A DNA stretch of 64,000 nt from Phaeosaccion multiseriatum. Taxonomy: Eukaryota > Protista > Ochrophyta, other classes. Location of the stretch: NCBI GenBank assembly GCA_965112735.1, contig OZ218955.1, forward strand, positions 3,720,001 through 3,784,000, read 5' to 3'. The position numbers and the translations under genes were made by a program. Shown in pieces: positions 25,990-37,200 of this stretch (positions are counted from its first letter, which is position 1; each line of letters begins with the position of its first letter). The notes beneath the pieces were generated by a model. That model saw nothing but the letters and a program-made list of their open reading frames with translations, had not been told where the DNA came from and did no database searches.

Positions 25990-28118
25990 GCAGTGGAGCG
26001 GCACAGTGCAAGGTGGACGAGGCCCGTGCCATCATGCTGAGCATCGACAAGAGAGAGAGGCTGTTCCGGAATGAGCCCAGCCGGCAGGGAGTCGAGCAGG
26101 TGAGTGGGCAGGGACGAGAGCGAGGACCTCTGGTCGTAGCGGTGGTGTGGGTGTGGTGTGGGTGTGGTGTGGTGTGCGTCGTGCGACTGTAGGGCCTAGG
26201 TAGGCTGGATGGCAGTGGATGAGCCGTGCCTGCGCTGCTGTCTGGCTCGAAGCACGCCAAAAGAGGGAGCAAGAGATGTTGCATCTCCCTATCTCTCTCA
26301 GACTCTTTTCATCCTCACCTGCCGCTCTCGATGTCTGTCTCTCTCCGTCTCCCCCTTTCCTCACCATCTCTCTCTCACGCACGCACACACACACACACCC
26401 GCGACAGTGCATGGACCTGTTCAGACAAGCGGCGGAGCTCTTCGAGGCGGGGGGGGACGACAGACACACGCAAGTGCTGCAGAGAATGCACCAATTCTTG
26501 CAGAGAGAGGTGTGTGTGTGCCTTACCGCGAGAGAGAGAGAGGGAGGGACTTGACTACATGTGTTCTTGGTCACTCAGCTCACTTTCATTGTTTCATTCA
26601 TGCATGCCACCACCCCTCTCTCACTCACTCGCTCGCACACTCACTCACTCACTCACTCACGCTCTCACTCACGCTCTCATTCACTCACTCGCTCCTCACT
26701 CACTCACTCACTCACTCGCGCACTCACCAACTCACTCACTCACTCACTCTCTCAACTCCCTCAATCACTCACGCTTCATGTTGCCCCTCTGCTCTACCAT
26801 CATCGCTTGACTCCTCGTCTCCTCGATTCCTCCACTCCATGCGTCGCAGGATGTACTCGCCCTGCTAGACGGTAAGCCCCTCCCGCCTGCTCCTCCCCTC
26901 AGTGAGGACATGCACGACGAGGTGGTGCAGCAGGGGGGGGAGCCGCCTCAGACGCCTCAGACGGGTGAGGAGGACGCGGTGGCTGTGCCGGTGATGGTGG
27001 AGGAGCAGCGGCAGGGGCAGGCATATGGGCAGGCGGCAGAACGGGGCGTTCTCGGGGGGGCGTTTTCAGGGCTGGCCGCCGCCTTTGCCCCCATGACGAG
27101 CTCGTCGAAACCTCCGGCAGCGTCAGCGGCGCGGAGGGGCTCTGTAGAGGAGGACAAGGAGGGGGTTGAGGAGGAACAAGAGAAAAGGGAGCAGAAGGAG
27201 CGGAAGGAGCAGGAGCCGAAGCAGGAATCGGGGCGGTCGGGGCGGCTGGCAGGGCTAGCAGCGGCAGTGGGAGACAGCAGGATGGTCCAGGCCATGAGGG
27301 GGGTAGCCAAGCCAGTGCCTCCTCCTGCTGATGTGGAAGCGGAGGTGGCAGCAGCGGTTGAGAAGGAGGAGGAGCTGGCGGCAATTGCAGCGGCGCTGGC
27401 AGCAGAGGAGGAAGAGGAAGAGGAGGAGCAACTCACGGCAATTACAGCGGTTGCGGCGGCTGAGGAGGAGGAGGCAGAGGCCAGGGAGACGGAGGAGGCC
27501 ATTGCTGCAGTGGCTGAGAAGGAGAAGGTGGAGGAGCAGGAGGCAGGAGAAGAGGATGCGATGGATGGTGAGGGCGAGGCGGGGATGGGCACAGCGGTGG
27601 TGGAGGGGTTGGCTGCACAAGGAGAGGGAGAGGTGGAGGTAGAGACGGAGCAAGGCACAGAGGCAGAGAAAGAGACAGAGACAGAGACAGAGACAGGAGC
27701 AGAGAAAGACGCAGGGACAGAGACAGGAGCAGAGACAGAGAAAGGCACAGAGACAGAGACAGAGACAGAGCAAGGCCCAGAAGCGGAGGAAGAGACAGAG
27801 ACGGGAGGAGAGAAGGAGGCAGGGACAGAGACGGGAGTAGAGACAGAGAAAGGCACAGAGACAGAGACAGAGACAGAGCAAGGCCCAGAAGCGGAGGAAG
27901 AGACCGTGGCAGAGGCAGACATGGAGACTGAGGGGGGGAAGGATGCAGGGTCGGGAGACACACACACACCAGACACAGACACAGCAGCAGAGGCAGAGGC
28001 AGAGGCGCCGTCACAGGCAAGGGCAGGAGCAGGGGAGGAGGCAGTGGCAGGAGAAGAGCAAGGAGGAAAGAAGAAGAATAACAGGAAGAACAACAGGAAG
28101 AAGAGAGGAGGAAGGTAG
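23367..28118 (+). CDS. UEV (inactive ubiquitin-E2-like) + PH-like + helical domain protein with a long acidic tail, about 8 exons
   Basis: Exon 1 (23367-23451) encodes 'MSTSTIWKSRLRKELKNVPDKLPKGVKL', like E2 helix 1. Exon 2 encodes 'FTLEFIF..KYPFEAPVITL..PPSFLASSDGVVQLPDTEQWTPSHTLLSTLESIVLIV', an E2 core without HPN or the catalytic Cys. Later exons encode 'SRYLAVTSSQLMELE..PLASLAKLRFKRGESVAIVCKDG..FLMSQAHECVLSIQ' (PH-like), then 'CMDLFRQAAELFEAGGDDRHTQVLQRMHQFL', and a Glu/Thr-rich last exon ending in KKKNNRKNNRKKRGGR*. Confidence 0.75.
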
Positions 28119-28276
28119 GAACGTAGAAACTGTTGCTCCTGAAAGGAGAGGAAGAGAGGGCACTGCCCCGCCCCCCTTCGCGCCTCATTTCTTCATCTGT
28201 TATTATGGATAAGGATATCGGATAAGCTACTATACTAGTAAGCACATGAAAAAAAAAAAAGGAAAAAGGGAAAGGG

Positions 28277-28501
28277 TTCGGCCCTGGACAAGGTTATCTG
28301 ATTACTGATTACAGCCGGCGCCAGCCGGCCTGATTACTGAGTCTGATTACTGATTATGACCGGCGCCAGCCGGCCTGATTACTGAGTCTGATTACTGATT
28401 ATGACCGGCGCCAACCGGCCTGATTACTGATTATGACCGGCGCTAGCCGGCCTGATTACTGATTATGGCCGGCGCACACTGTAACCTTGTCCAGGGCCGA
28501 A
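28277..28501. mobile_element. MITE-like element (family B), about 225 bp, with 20-bp perfect terminal inverted repeats and internal tandem repeats
   Basis: TTCGGCCCTGGACAAGGTTA (28277-28296) pairs with TAACCTTGTCCAGGGCCGAA (28482-28501). The interior has about 5 units of GATTACTGATTATGACCGGCGCCAGCCGGCCT. Related sequence occurs at 61641-61775 and 63111-63185. No clear TSD. Confidence 0.8.
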
Positions 28502-28507
28502 AGGTGT

Positions 28508-28569
<62 letters not shown>

Positions 28570-28673
28570 ACGAACGCGTGTCAGTTTCAGTTTCACAGTG
28601 CCGTCACATTTTACTTTTAGAAATCTCCCAACGGCCTCTCGATTGCTTCGCCTCTCTGTCACAAGCCCGGACG

Positions 28674-28815
28674 ATGGCTTTGGTAGAGGCTGATGAAGCT
28701 TGTATGGGTGGGAGACTTTGTGAAGCAGGAGGAGCACAGATGCCCGAGAGGGGAATGGGAAGGCAAGTTTTTGTAGGACGATTGTGTGTGTGTTTTTTTC
28801 TCGCCCCCTCTCCCT

Positions 28816-28846
<31 letters not shown>

Positions 28847-30435
28847 CCTCTCTCTCTCTCCCTCTAGCGCTCAGATCTTCATCTTGCGCTCTATTCTTCC
28901 TCTCTCTCTCTACACCTCTCTCTGACTCTCTCTCTCTCTCTCTATGTGTATCACTTTAGTCTTCCTCTTTCTCTCTCTTCCCCTCCCTCTCTGACTCTCT
29001 CTATATGGCTCTAATCGTCATCTCTCTCGCTATTCCTCTCTCTCTCTTTCCCTCTCTCCTCCTCAGGCTCATGGCCGAGGCCATCAAAGGAAACGACGTC
29101 TCCCTCCTCCAATCCCTCTACGGAGTGTGCACTGCTCGACAGGTTAACAAGCCCATTCACGTGCCTGCTGGCCGAGCCAACGAGGGTGGCACCGGAAGCA
29201 ACAGCAGCACCAGCAGCAGCGGCGGCGACGATACCTCTACTACGACCACTCTGCTACAAGTGGCCGCTCTGGCGGGGAACGCGGCGGTAGTGGACACCTT
29301 GCTCCGAATAGGCGCATTCGTAGACGGCACCACGCCCTCCTCGCGCCTGTCCCCGCTGCTCCTCGCCATCAAGGCCGGCCACGTCACCGTTGTGCAGCAG
29401 CTCCTTCGGGCAGGGGCCAGCCTCAACCCAACAGACGGGTGAGTGAGAGAGTGGGTGAGTGGGTGAGTGAGTGAGTGAGTGAGTGTCGCTCGAGATGAAC
29501 GACGGACGGAGAGCTCTGAGGCCCCTCCTCCTCCTTCTCGTGCCATGGGTTGGGTTGAAGTCCTCTGCTATTTGCTCCTTTTGTATGGCGCATCAGCAGA
29601 AAGAATCCATTGCGTATTCCCTTCCCCGGCCTACGGTGTTTCGACCCCAACCCTCCCTCCCTCCCCCCCTTCCTTCCCGCTCGTCAATGCAGGACCTTCT
29701 GCCATGCCGACCATGCCGACTCGCCCTCCTCCTCCTCGAGCAGGAGCAGCCTGTGGCCGCACAAGTTTGTATACAGCCCTTCGGCGAGGTGCTGGGTGGC
29801 GGTGCCCCAGGGCGGCCTAGGACGGCTACCACAGCCCGACAAAGAGGAGGCCTCGCGAAACAGACAGAGCAGCCGGAGTACGCACGAGGAGGGGGGGCAG
29901 GTCTCCCCCGACGACGTTGATCACCGTGCTGCGGCTCCTCTTGCTGCTGTATCACCAACTACTTGCGCTACTGGTCCTGCTGCCGTGTCGAGCCCCTCCC
30001 TCGCGCTGGCGTGGGCCCTTCACGAAGTGGAGAAGCACGGGGAGTGCCCACCGGAGAGGAAGTGCGCCAACGTGAGGCAGAAAGGGGCGGTGAAGGAGCT
30101 CGTCGTCAGAGAGGAAGGTAAGTGGCGCTTGAAGAGGATTGATGGCTGCGGGCTACGAGCATTGGGTGTAAAACAAACAAAAAAATACACACTACAAAGT
30201 GGAGATGGTCGAGTCATTGCCATGAGAGGTAGCAGATCCATCCCACAAAGTCAATACCCCACCCACCCACCCACCCACCCTGCTCCGGTCTCCTCCCTTG
30301 CTTCCCCTAATCACGTCCATCCTATCAGGCTGGAGGAAGCGGGGCTGGCTCGTGGTGCTGCGCCAGCGGAGTATCGCCTCCGAGCGGGCCCAGCTGGATG
30401 GGCGGGAGGATGGGCCATCGTCGGACCAACGCTAG
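28674..30435 (+). CDS. Short ankyrin-repeat protein, probably 4 exons; first exon tentative (GC donor); 3' end possibly degenerate
   Basis: Exon 29067-29438 encodes 'TLLQVAALAGNAAVVDTLLRIGAFVDG..LSPLLLAIKAGHVTVVQQLLRAGASLN'. Later exons are ~29693-30117 and 30329-30435 ('GWRKRGWLVVLRQR..*'). The tentative exon 1 (28674-28762) ends at AG|GCAAGT in the correct phase. Confidence 0.6.
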
Positions 30436-31484
30436 CCTAAGCAAGACAGACAAGACCGAAGCTATCTGCAGCCTAAGCGAAGGAGAGATGCAAGACGGAG
30501 ACATTTTACAATACGGGCAGGAGGAACAGCGGCGGCAGGGTACTGCATGTGACAAGGGCAGGTGGTATGGCCCAACTCTGTTGCTGGGAGCGGCCGTATC
30601 AGCATCTGCTACTGCTGCTGCGCGTGGTGGATGGAGGGATAGAAACTCCATGGCCATGCACATCGTTGAGCTAAGCTTTAGTTTGTTGTAAAGAGTCGTG
30701 TTGCTCTCCATCTTAAAATTTTAAAAAGTCATGGAGCTGTTTGTACATTGCGCTGTGCGTGCTTCATGAATTAGACAATTGAACCGGTGAAGCTCAAGAC
30801 CTCGCTCTACGGCCTTCCCCCAACGTCTTTACAGCCCTATATGATGGTTTTCCTGCTGCGGAAATTGTTTTTTTTTTTTTCTTCTTCTTTTCCCACCCCC
30901 AACCACCTAGTCATGATCATATGGCACGAAAGGGATACAATTTCTTAATTTGGGCCGCCAGGGCTCAGCAGGACGAGCGATTGAGCGAGCAAGCGAGGAG
31001 AGCGAGCAGCGATTTGACATTTGACCACGCACAGCCATTTGACGGAACAATTACAATTGCTCACAAATGCCTCGAAGAGTACAACCAACACGTGGACATC
31101 CACTGTAACGCCAAACACCTCTTCCTCTTCTTCCTCTCTCTAAGAGTTATGGGCTATTCAGCTTCTTTCTCAGGTACTAATGGGTCGGAGATGGACGGAT
31201 GAATTTGGGACTGGGATGGCCCCTGCTGCTTGCCTTTTGCTCTGCCTTTCTCTTTTTTCCTCTCTTTTCCTCCACACTCCCTTCTCTCCTCCCTCTACCA
31301 CCCCTACTCCCTAGGCCGCTGATATCTCTAGTATCTTCTCCTCCTCCACACATCTTTCACTCTTTCTACTCCAACCTTCATCTCCTTCCACGGCTTCAAG
31401 GGTTAGGGCTTTGACTTCATCCTTTCTAATTTAATTTCTTCTTATAAAACAACGCAAAAAACTGTGCTTGCAGAAGAGAAGCAC

Positions 31485-33440
31485 ATGGCTCCGACACTAT
31501 ACTGGGAAGCCGTGCTGTCCGCCGTGGACCTGACCAAGTCTTTGAAGGTCACAGGGCATACCCCCTTTCACACCCTCGCCGAGATGGAGGGGGCGCAAGA
31601 CGTGGGGGAGGAGGAGATGCTGACGCAGGTGCAGGCCATCAAGAGCGCGGGATTCGTCAATGTGGATGCGATTTCTTCCAAGAAGGGGGGGCGAACGGCG
31701 CTGCAGATAGCTGCGCAGAGGCGCAAGGTGGGGCTTGTGCGGGCCTTGGTGCGGGCAGAAGCGGATGTCAACATGCGCAGCAGGGACGGCTGGAGCACGT
31801 TGTCTTACGCAGCTGAGGGAGGCCACCCTGCCATCGTTCACTTCTTGATTGAGTGGGGGGCTGATGTAATGCACAGCCTAGCTCTGCACGAGGCGGCGAG
31901 AGTGTGCGCCCCTGGAAGTTCAGAGACGATTCAGATCCTGCTTGACGCGGGAGAAGACCCGAACGAGAGGAACGGAAATAAGCGGCAGCTCACCCCCGCC
32001 CAGCTCTGCTGCAGAAACACGGGGGGGAGCACGGCAGAGAGGGCGGCGGTGCTGTCCACGCTCCTCGCGGGAGGCGCAGAGGTGGGCCTTGTCTCCACCG
32101 AGGGCGCCACGCTGCTCCATGAGGCGGCGGACAGCGGGCTCGCCGAGAGCATCCGTGTCCTGCTGGAGCACGGGCTGTCGGCGGACGTGAGGGACTCCAA
32201 CCAGGAGACTCCTCTGCACCACGCGGCGAGCTGCAGGGAGAATGAGGGAGGCGGGTTGGAGTGTGTGCAAGCCCTCGTGCGCGGGGGGGCAGACAGCAGC
32301 GCGGTGGGGGCGAGTGGAGTCACCCCTGTGCTCAAGGCTGTCGGTTACGCCAATCTCAGCGTTACAGAAGCGCTGATTGACGCTGGAGCGTCTGTAACCG
32401 CCAAAGAGGCTCGCAACGACATCACCGCCCTCCACATTGCGGCGGCGCTCGGAAACATCAAGCTTGCCTACCTCCTCATCGAGGCTGGCGCGGACATTTG
32501 CGCCCTGACAGAGGACGGATGCAGCCCTCTGACGGCATGTGCCGCCACCTGTACGCAGGCGGGGTACATTCCTATCATGCGCTCCTCCGTCAAGACCATG
32601 CGGGGCGACAGGGCACAGCGCCAGCAAGTGGCGAAGCTGCTCCTCAAGCTGGGAGCTCCTCTGGATGAGAAGTTTCTGGGGACCGCCATGACGTCAGGCT
32701 GGGCGAATCTAATAGCCGAGGCATACGCCAAGGCCAGCGAGAAGGCGGCCGAGGCGATTGACAGATTGGGCACGGTGGCACATCACCATTCCAGCACGGA
32801 CTCAGCGGGGGATGCCCTCAACCGTTCCGTGGTGAAGATACGGCTCATCAACGAGGAGCAGCAGGAAGCAAAGGACGACGAGCAGCACGCCAACGAGTAC
32901 ATTATCAGCCTTTCCCTGGTGGAGAAGCTCATACCCCAAGCCTTGAGCGCAGACCAGGGAGGACAAGAGGCCGGAGAAAGAAAGCGGCAGAGGACGGGTG
33001 GGAGAGGGGGGTCCCACGCCAGTGCCACGGGCAGTCTATTACGCCTGCTGCTGGATCCCGAGAGTGCCGGTTTCCAAGGGAACGACGTGGGCGGCGGCGT
33101 ACGCACAGCGGGATGCTTTGGCGGCAGAGAGATCGAGCTCAGGCACGACGGAAGCGACTTCACCGAGGAGGGTTTCCAGGCAGTCGTGGACCTTTGTACC
33201 ACGGGAAGCATCGAGGACTTCCTGACACGCGGCGGCGGCGGCAGGAGACGAGTGAGTGGAAGCGGAAAGAGAGAAGGTCTCGACCATGAAGAGGGCTGCG
33301 AAGGGGCAACAAGACTCAGGCTCTTCGACGCGGGGCGGGCCGAATCGGCCCTGCAGGCAGCGGAGTTCTTTGGCTTGGAGCAGATGCAGCAGCAAGTGCA
33401 GAGCATCGCTAGCGAGTACGGCTTTGAGGTAGGGGCGTGA
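31485..33440 (+). CDS. Intronless ankyrin-repeat protein with a C-terminal BTB/POZ-like domain
   Basis: A 651-aa uninterrupted ORF with about 9 ankyrin repeats ('GRTALQIAA', 'GWSTLSYAAEGGHPAIVHFLIEWGADV', 'ETPLHHAA', 'ITALHIAAALGNIKLAYLLIEAGADI'). The C-terminus 'FTEEGFQAVVDLCTTGSI..AESALQAAEFFGLEQMQQQV' matches the BTB pattern. An upstream exon cannot be excluded (CAG at 31471). Confidence 0.85.
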   Translation: MAPTLYWEAVLSAVDLTKSLKVTGHTPFHTLAEMEGAQDVGEEEMLTQVQAIKSAGFVNVDAISSKKGGRTALQIAAQRRKVGLVRALVRAEADVNMRSRDGWSTLSYAAEGGHPAIVHFLIEWGADVMHSLALHEAARVCAPGSSETIQILLDAGEDPNERNGNKRQLTPAQLCCRNTGGSTAERAAVLSTLLAGGAEVGLVSTEGATLLHEAADSGLAESIRVLLEHGLSADVRDSNQETPLHHAASCRENEGGGLECVQALVRGGADSSAVGASGVTPVLKAVGYANLSVTEALIDAGASVTAKEARNDITALHIAAALGNIKLAYLLIEAGADICALTEDGCSPLTACAATCTQAGYIPIMRSSVKTMRGDRAQRQQVAKLLLKLGAPLDEKFLGTAMTSGWANLIAEAYAKASEKAAEAIDRLGTVAHHHSSTDSAGDALNRSVVKIRLINEEQQEAKDDEQHANEYIISLSLVEKLIPQALSADQGGQEAGERKRQRTGGRGGSHASATGSLLRLLLDPESAGFQGNDVGGGVRTAGCFGGREIELRHDGSDFTEEGFQAVVDLCTTGSIEDFLTRGGGGRRRVSGSGKREGLDHEEGCEGATRLRLFDAGRAESALQAAEFFGLEQMQQQVQSIASEYGFEVGA

Positions 33441-34255
33441 CACACCAAAGGGAGGAGTGAGAAGGAACAAGAGGATGAGGATTATCAAGATGATGATGGA
33501 AGGGAGGGAGGGAGGGAGGGAGGGAAGGAGGGAGGGAGGGAGGGAGGGAGGGAGGGAGGGAAGGAGGGAGGGAGAGGTGTGTAGAATACAAGATGAGGCG
33601 TAGGTAATAGTGAGAGGAGGAAGGAGGGAAAGAGTGTGCAGGGGTGTATGAAAGCGCGTGAATCGCGAGAGACAGGGCCTTGTCTGCTGTACTATCGGAG
33701 ATGAGCGCAGCGGGAGCAGAGGGGGCTTGTAAGTAAAAAGAAATGATGTAATAATAAGTCATGATACCTTCCTCAAAACAAAGTCAGATAATAGTGGTCC
33801 TTCTTCCAATTGATGACAGCACCGCTGCTGCCTGCCTACACAGCCGGACCGCCCTTGTTGTCTCTCCCCATATCAACCGAGATCAGGACATGGAATCGTG
33901 GTCGGACAATGAACAACCGAAACCGAAACCGAAACAGAAGCTGAAAGAGAAACTGAAAGCCCGCGGTGGAGCGGCGTGGGGGGGGGTGCCAAAGTGTTTG
34001 CCAGTTGTGAGCCGTAGCACGAGTCGCGGCATCGCCTTGCGGGGCCAATTGTCCGTCCTCCGTCATTGGTACTCCGTCCTTGGTACTCCGTGCTGGAGAA
34101 GGCAAAGTGCAGCCCCTTCAGGTGCAGCCCCTTCAGCTGCAGCTCCCTCAGGTGCAAGTGCAAGCCCCCGTCCCTCACAACATCACAGCCCCTCACAGTC
34201 TCCCACAGTCTCCCACAGTTCCTTACGGGGCTGAAGCTGAACGGTCGGTCGCAAT

Positions 34256-37200
34256 TTAGTCTGCGGTACGAAGGAGTCGTGTGTGTGTGTTAAGGTAAGG
34301 GGGGGTGAAAAAGGCACAGGGGGGAGGAAGAAAGTATCCCACCTCGACTTTGTTGCCTTCCTTCAGCCGCCCCCGCCTGACTCCTGACTCACTCACTCAC
34401 TCACTCACTCACTCACTCACTCACCGACTTTGATGGCGCTGTAGATCCTGCGCACGAACCAAAAGCAACTGAAGAAGCCGATGGCGCCCGTCAGCAGGAA
34501 GAACGTCAGCGCGATGATCGCCATGTACCTGGTGTCAGCAAGTCATTGCGGAAAGTATCAGAGAGAGAGGGAGGAAGGAAGGAAGGAAGGAAGGAAGGAA
34601 GGAAGGAAGGAAGAGGGGGAGAGAACGAGGGAGAGGGAGGGACAGAAAGAGAGAAAGGCAGGGAGGGGGAGAGAGAGAGAGACGGAGAGGGAGAGAACAG
34701 AGAGAGAGGGAGAGAACAGAGAGAACAGAAAGAGAGAGGGAGAGAACAGAGAGAACAGAGAGAGGGAGGGAGAGAACAGAGAGAGGGGATGTCACGCGTC
34801 AGGGTCAGTCCTTTCACCGTACCCACAGAAGATACTCGTAGCCGAAACTGAAACAGTAGGCACGGACTCACCCGAAGTAGATGCCGGTGGAGACGAAGGT
34901 GCTGATGTGGAGCTTGCTGTGGTAATACCAAATGGCGTACAGGAACACATACACCCCTGAGGACCCGCTGCTCAGGAAGGCTCTCCACCACCAGTTGTAG
35001 TCCTGGGTGGAGGGAGAGGGAGAGAGGGAGAGAGGGAGAGAGGGAGCGAGGGAGTGGAGAAGGGGGGAGGGAGGGAGGGAGGGAGGGAGGGAGGGAGGGA
35101 GGGAGGGAGGGAGGGAGAGGGGAGAAGGGGGGAGGGAGGGAGGGAGGAGGGGGGGGAGACAGACAAGAGCATGTGGGTTGAGAGTGTGTGAGAATGGGCA
35201 TCTATATGCAGCCCAAGCCTGCCTACTTGGCCTACCCACCCACCCCCCCGACCGCCAACCCACCCATCCTCCCCGCCTACCTCGTTGCATAGCTGGAAGT
35301 AGCACATAACGATGGTGATCTCGGCACATGTGGCCACAAGGATCAGGAATACAACCGTCAAGAAGCCGAATACCTGGTGTCCAGTTGCCGCACGTACGCA
35401 CACAGAGAGAGAAAGAGAGAGAGAGAGGAGAGAGAGACAGAGAGGGGAGAGGATGGAGAGGGAGAGAGACAGAGGGGGAGAGGGAGAGAGAGAGAGACAA
35501 AGAGGGAGAGGGAGAGAGAGAGGGCGAGGGGGAGGGGGGGAGGGAGAGGGAGAGAGGGAGAGAGAGAGAGAGAGGGAGGTGGGGCCACAGTGAGCACGAC
35601 AGAAAGATGAAACAAGTGAGGAGCAGGGGGAGTGAAGAAGACAGCAGCAAGATGCGTCTCCACGGCCTCTGTGTCTTCTCCTCCTCCTCCTCCTCCTCCT
35701 CCTCCCCTGCTCCCCGCTCTCGACTCACGTAGTAGATTTGGTGCAGCCACAAGGCACTCATAATGAAGAACAGCTCAATGCACACGGAACCGAAGGGGAG
35801 GATGCCGCCCAGAGCGATGGCGAAGGCCGGGTGCGTGTACCACTGCTGCTCGGGTACATGTCTAAGAGGGGAGACGGCAGTGGAGGGGAGGAGGGGGTTT
35901 GCTACAATACATGGTTCATTGTACTGTCCTTGCCTGCTTGAGTGACTTAGAGACGGACCGAATGCCTGTCCGAGTGACTGACTGCCTGTGTAACTGACTG
36001 ACACAAGGTACTGACTGACTGACTGACTGACTGACACCAGGCACTGACTGACTGACGGACTGACTGACACCAGGTACTGACTGACTGACCTTGCGATCTG
36101 CGTGACCCTGACGGGCACAGTGAAGGCCTCTGCCTTGAAGCCCATGAGAGCCCCTCCAAACACAAGGGGGGCTGACACGCAGCCCCACATGAGGATCAAA
36201 GAGAAGAAGGTGCCCAGGGGGACGGCTGTGGAGCTACCAATGCACCTGAGGGGGGAGGGACAGGGGGGTGGGGGGGATGCCAACTTAGAGACCAGGCATT
36301 TGGACATGAGGACAGGCATATGGACATGAGGACAGGCATATGGACATGAGGACAGGCATATGGACATGAGGACAGGCATTTGGACATGAGGACAGGCATA
36401 TGGACATGAGGACAGGCATATGGACATGAGGACAGGCATATGGACATGAGGACAGGCATATGGACATGAGGACAGGCATATGGACATGAGGACAGGCATA
36501 TGGACATGAGGACAGGCATATGGACACAAAGGACAGCGGTGCGGACACTGCTTTGGATGATAAGAGTGTGGGCACTGCCGCAGCGGGACCACCCTGACCC
36601 CTGACGCTGGTCCTCGCTTCAACCTCCTCCTGCCCTTGTCCTGCCCTTGACACCGCCAACCAACGCCAGGAAGTACTCAGTAATACGTATCTACACACAC
36701 GCATCTACACGCACACGCTCTCACAGATCCTCACACACACATTTTCTCTCTCACACACACAACTCTCTCTCTCACACACCCACACACTCACACACGCAAA
36801 CCCACACTCACACACACACGCAAACCCCCCCCCCCCCACACACACACGCAGACAGACACACACACGCACGCACACACTCACACTCACACACACGCACACC
36901 CCACCCCACACACACACACACATGCACGCACACACACACACGCACACACACACACACTCACACACACACACTCACCACATGGTGATATCGATGAGCCAAA
37001 ACACAAAGAACACGACGCTCGGGTACAGCGCCGCGGTGAGCAGGGTGCAGCGCTTCCAGTTCTTTCCATTGAAGAATTTGTACATCCGAGCACTCCAGTA
37101 GCCAGCGAAGGACCCCATGAACACGAACATTACCAGCACGGCTGTCAACATACCGCCGCGGTTGGCGGGGCTGAGGGGGGGGGTGAGGGCATGGGTAGGA

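Noticed and set aside
26957-28245. Long antisense ORFs over the UEV gene's last exon (and over the HSF and USP exons)
   Set aside because: Expected shadows of GC-rich, low-complexity coding sequence.
28300-28480. Repeat array that could be mistaken for a CRISPR array
   Set aside because: No unique spacers, no cas genes, eukaryotic context; it is bounded by TIRs.
34868-36622. 584-aa minus-strand ORF as a separate gene
   Set aside because: It is read-through of several TM9SF exons and stop-free repeat introns.
36281-36650. Introner-type element (whole intron equals the transposon)
   Set aside because: Shared homology lies inside the introns and does not include either splice site.
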